A stretch of 64,000 nucleotides of DNA from the IMG/VR virus record IMGVR_UViG_3300017917_001123, positions 267,571 to 331,570 of that record, one strand, 5' to 3'. Position 1 is the stretch's first letter, and the number at the start of each line of letters is the position of its first letter. Below, piece after piece: positions 63,764 to 64,000 of this stretch. The position numbers were made by a program, and so were the translations under genes. Under the pieces are notes generated by a model that saw only the letters and a list, made by a program, of their open reading frames with translations, ran no database searches and was not told the DNA's origin.

Positions 63764-64000
63764 ATGATGTACAATCAAAAACTCGTTGCGAGTATAAAAG
63801 CTAACGGAAAAGTCCTTCGTGAATTCAAGGACACAGTCTATATCAACTTTGGATCTGAATACAGCATCCTACTCAAAAATCTCAATACTGTTCGAGCTGT
63901 CGTAAATGTGTTTATCGACGGAGAGAATGTCGTTCCTGGCGGATTGGTCATAGACCCGGGTCGGACTGTCGACTTAGAGCGTTGGATTAAAAACGGCAAT
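63764..64000 (+). CDS. hypothetical protein (truncated by window end)
   Basis: AAGGA SD; MMYNQKLVASIKANGKVLREFKDTVY.. open to 64000. Confidence 0.7.
   Translation, partial: MMYNQKLVASIKANGKVLREFKDTVYINFGSEYSILLKNLNTVRAVVNVFIDGENVVPGGLVIDPGRTVDLERWIKNGN

Noticed and set aside
1-64000. CRISPR array
   Set aside because: No equally spaced repeat-spacer series seen; the repeats found are coding modules or leader motifs.
1-64000. Genome-wide TAG reassignment (code 15-like)
   Set aside because: Conserved long genes are complete under code 11 and only one in-frame TAG was found.

Overview
This window looks like part of a large lytic dsDNA phage genome. It has about 95 densely packed genes, rIIA/rIIB, class Ia NrdAB, glutaredoxin, ThyX, an ATP-dependent DNA ligase, tail-fibre/tailspike genes and T4-like TAAATA late-promoter motifs. 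Capsid, terminase and polymerase genes were not seen. A proteobacterial, possibly betaproteobacterial, host is inferred from IscU/IscA/ErpA, AhpC/AhpD, an outer-membrane beta-barrel and the tmRNA tag. Layout: 0-21.5 kb is a modification/auxiliary cluster (methyltransferase, 2OG-Fe(II) oxygenases, radical SAM enzymes, carbamoyltransferase, glycosyltransferase-like pairs, Fe-S scaffold/carriers, halogenase-like flavoprotein, ligase, IF-1, epimerase). 22-45.7 kb is virion/structural genes. 45.7-50.5 kb is nucleotide metabolism. 52-64 kb is early/host-interaction genes. The most striking signal is a translation-control set absent from the ORF track: (1) a circularly permuted two-piece tmRNA gene whose 88-nt intervening sequence is almost filled by an SD-preceded 24-aa membrane-peptide ORF, preceded by a 23-aa basic microprotein under a near-consensus sigma70 promoter; (2) a tRNA with anticodon CUA (amber suppressor-like); (3) one gene with a strong SD and an in-frame TAG at codon 3, in a genome where TAG stops are rare. 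Also notable are a candidate structured ncRNA (about 35.58-35.67 kb), an apparently catalytically dead HNH with repeated operator-like heptamers, and a sharp codon-usage split between early and late genes. All product calls come from manual motif recognition; no searches or folding programs were run.
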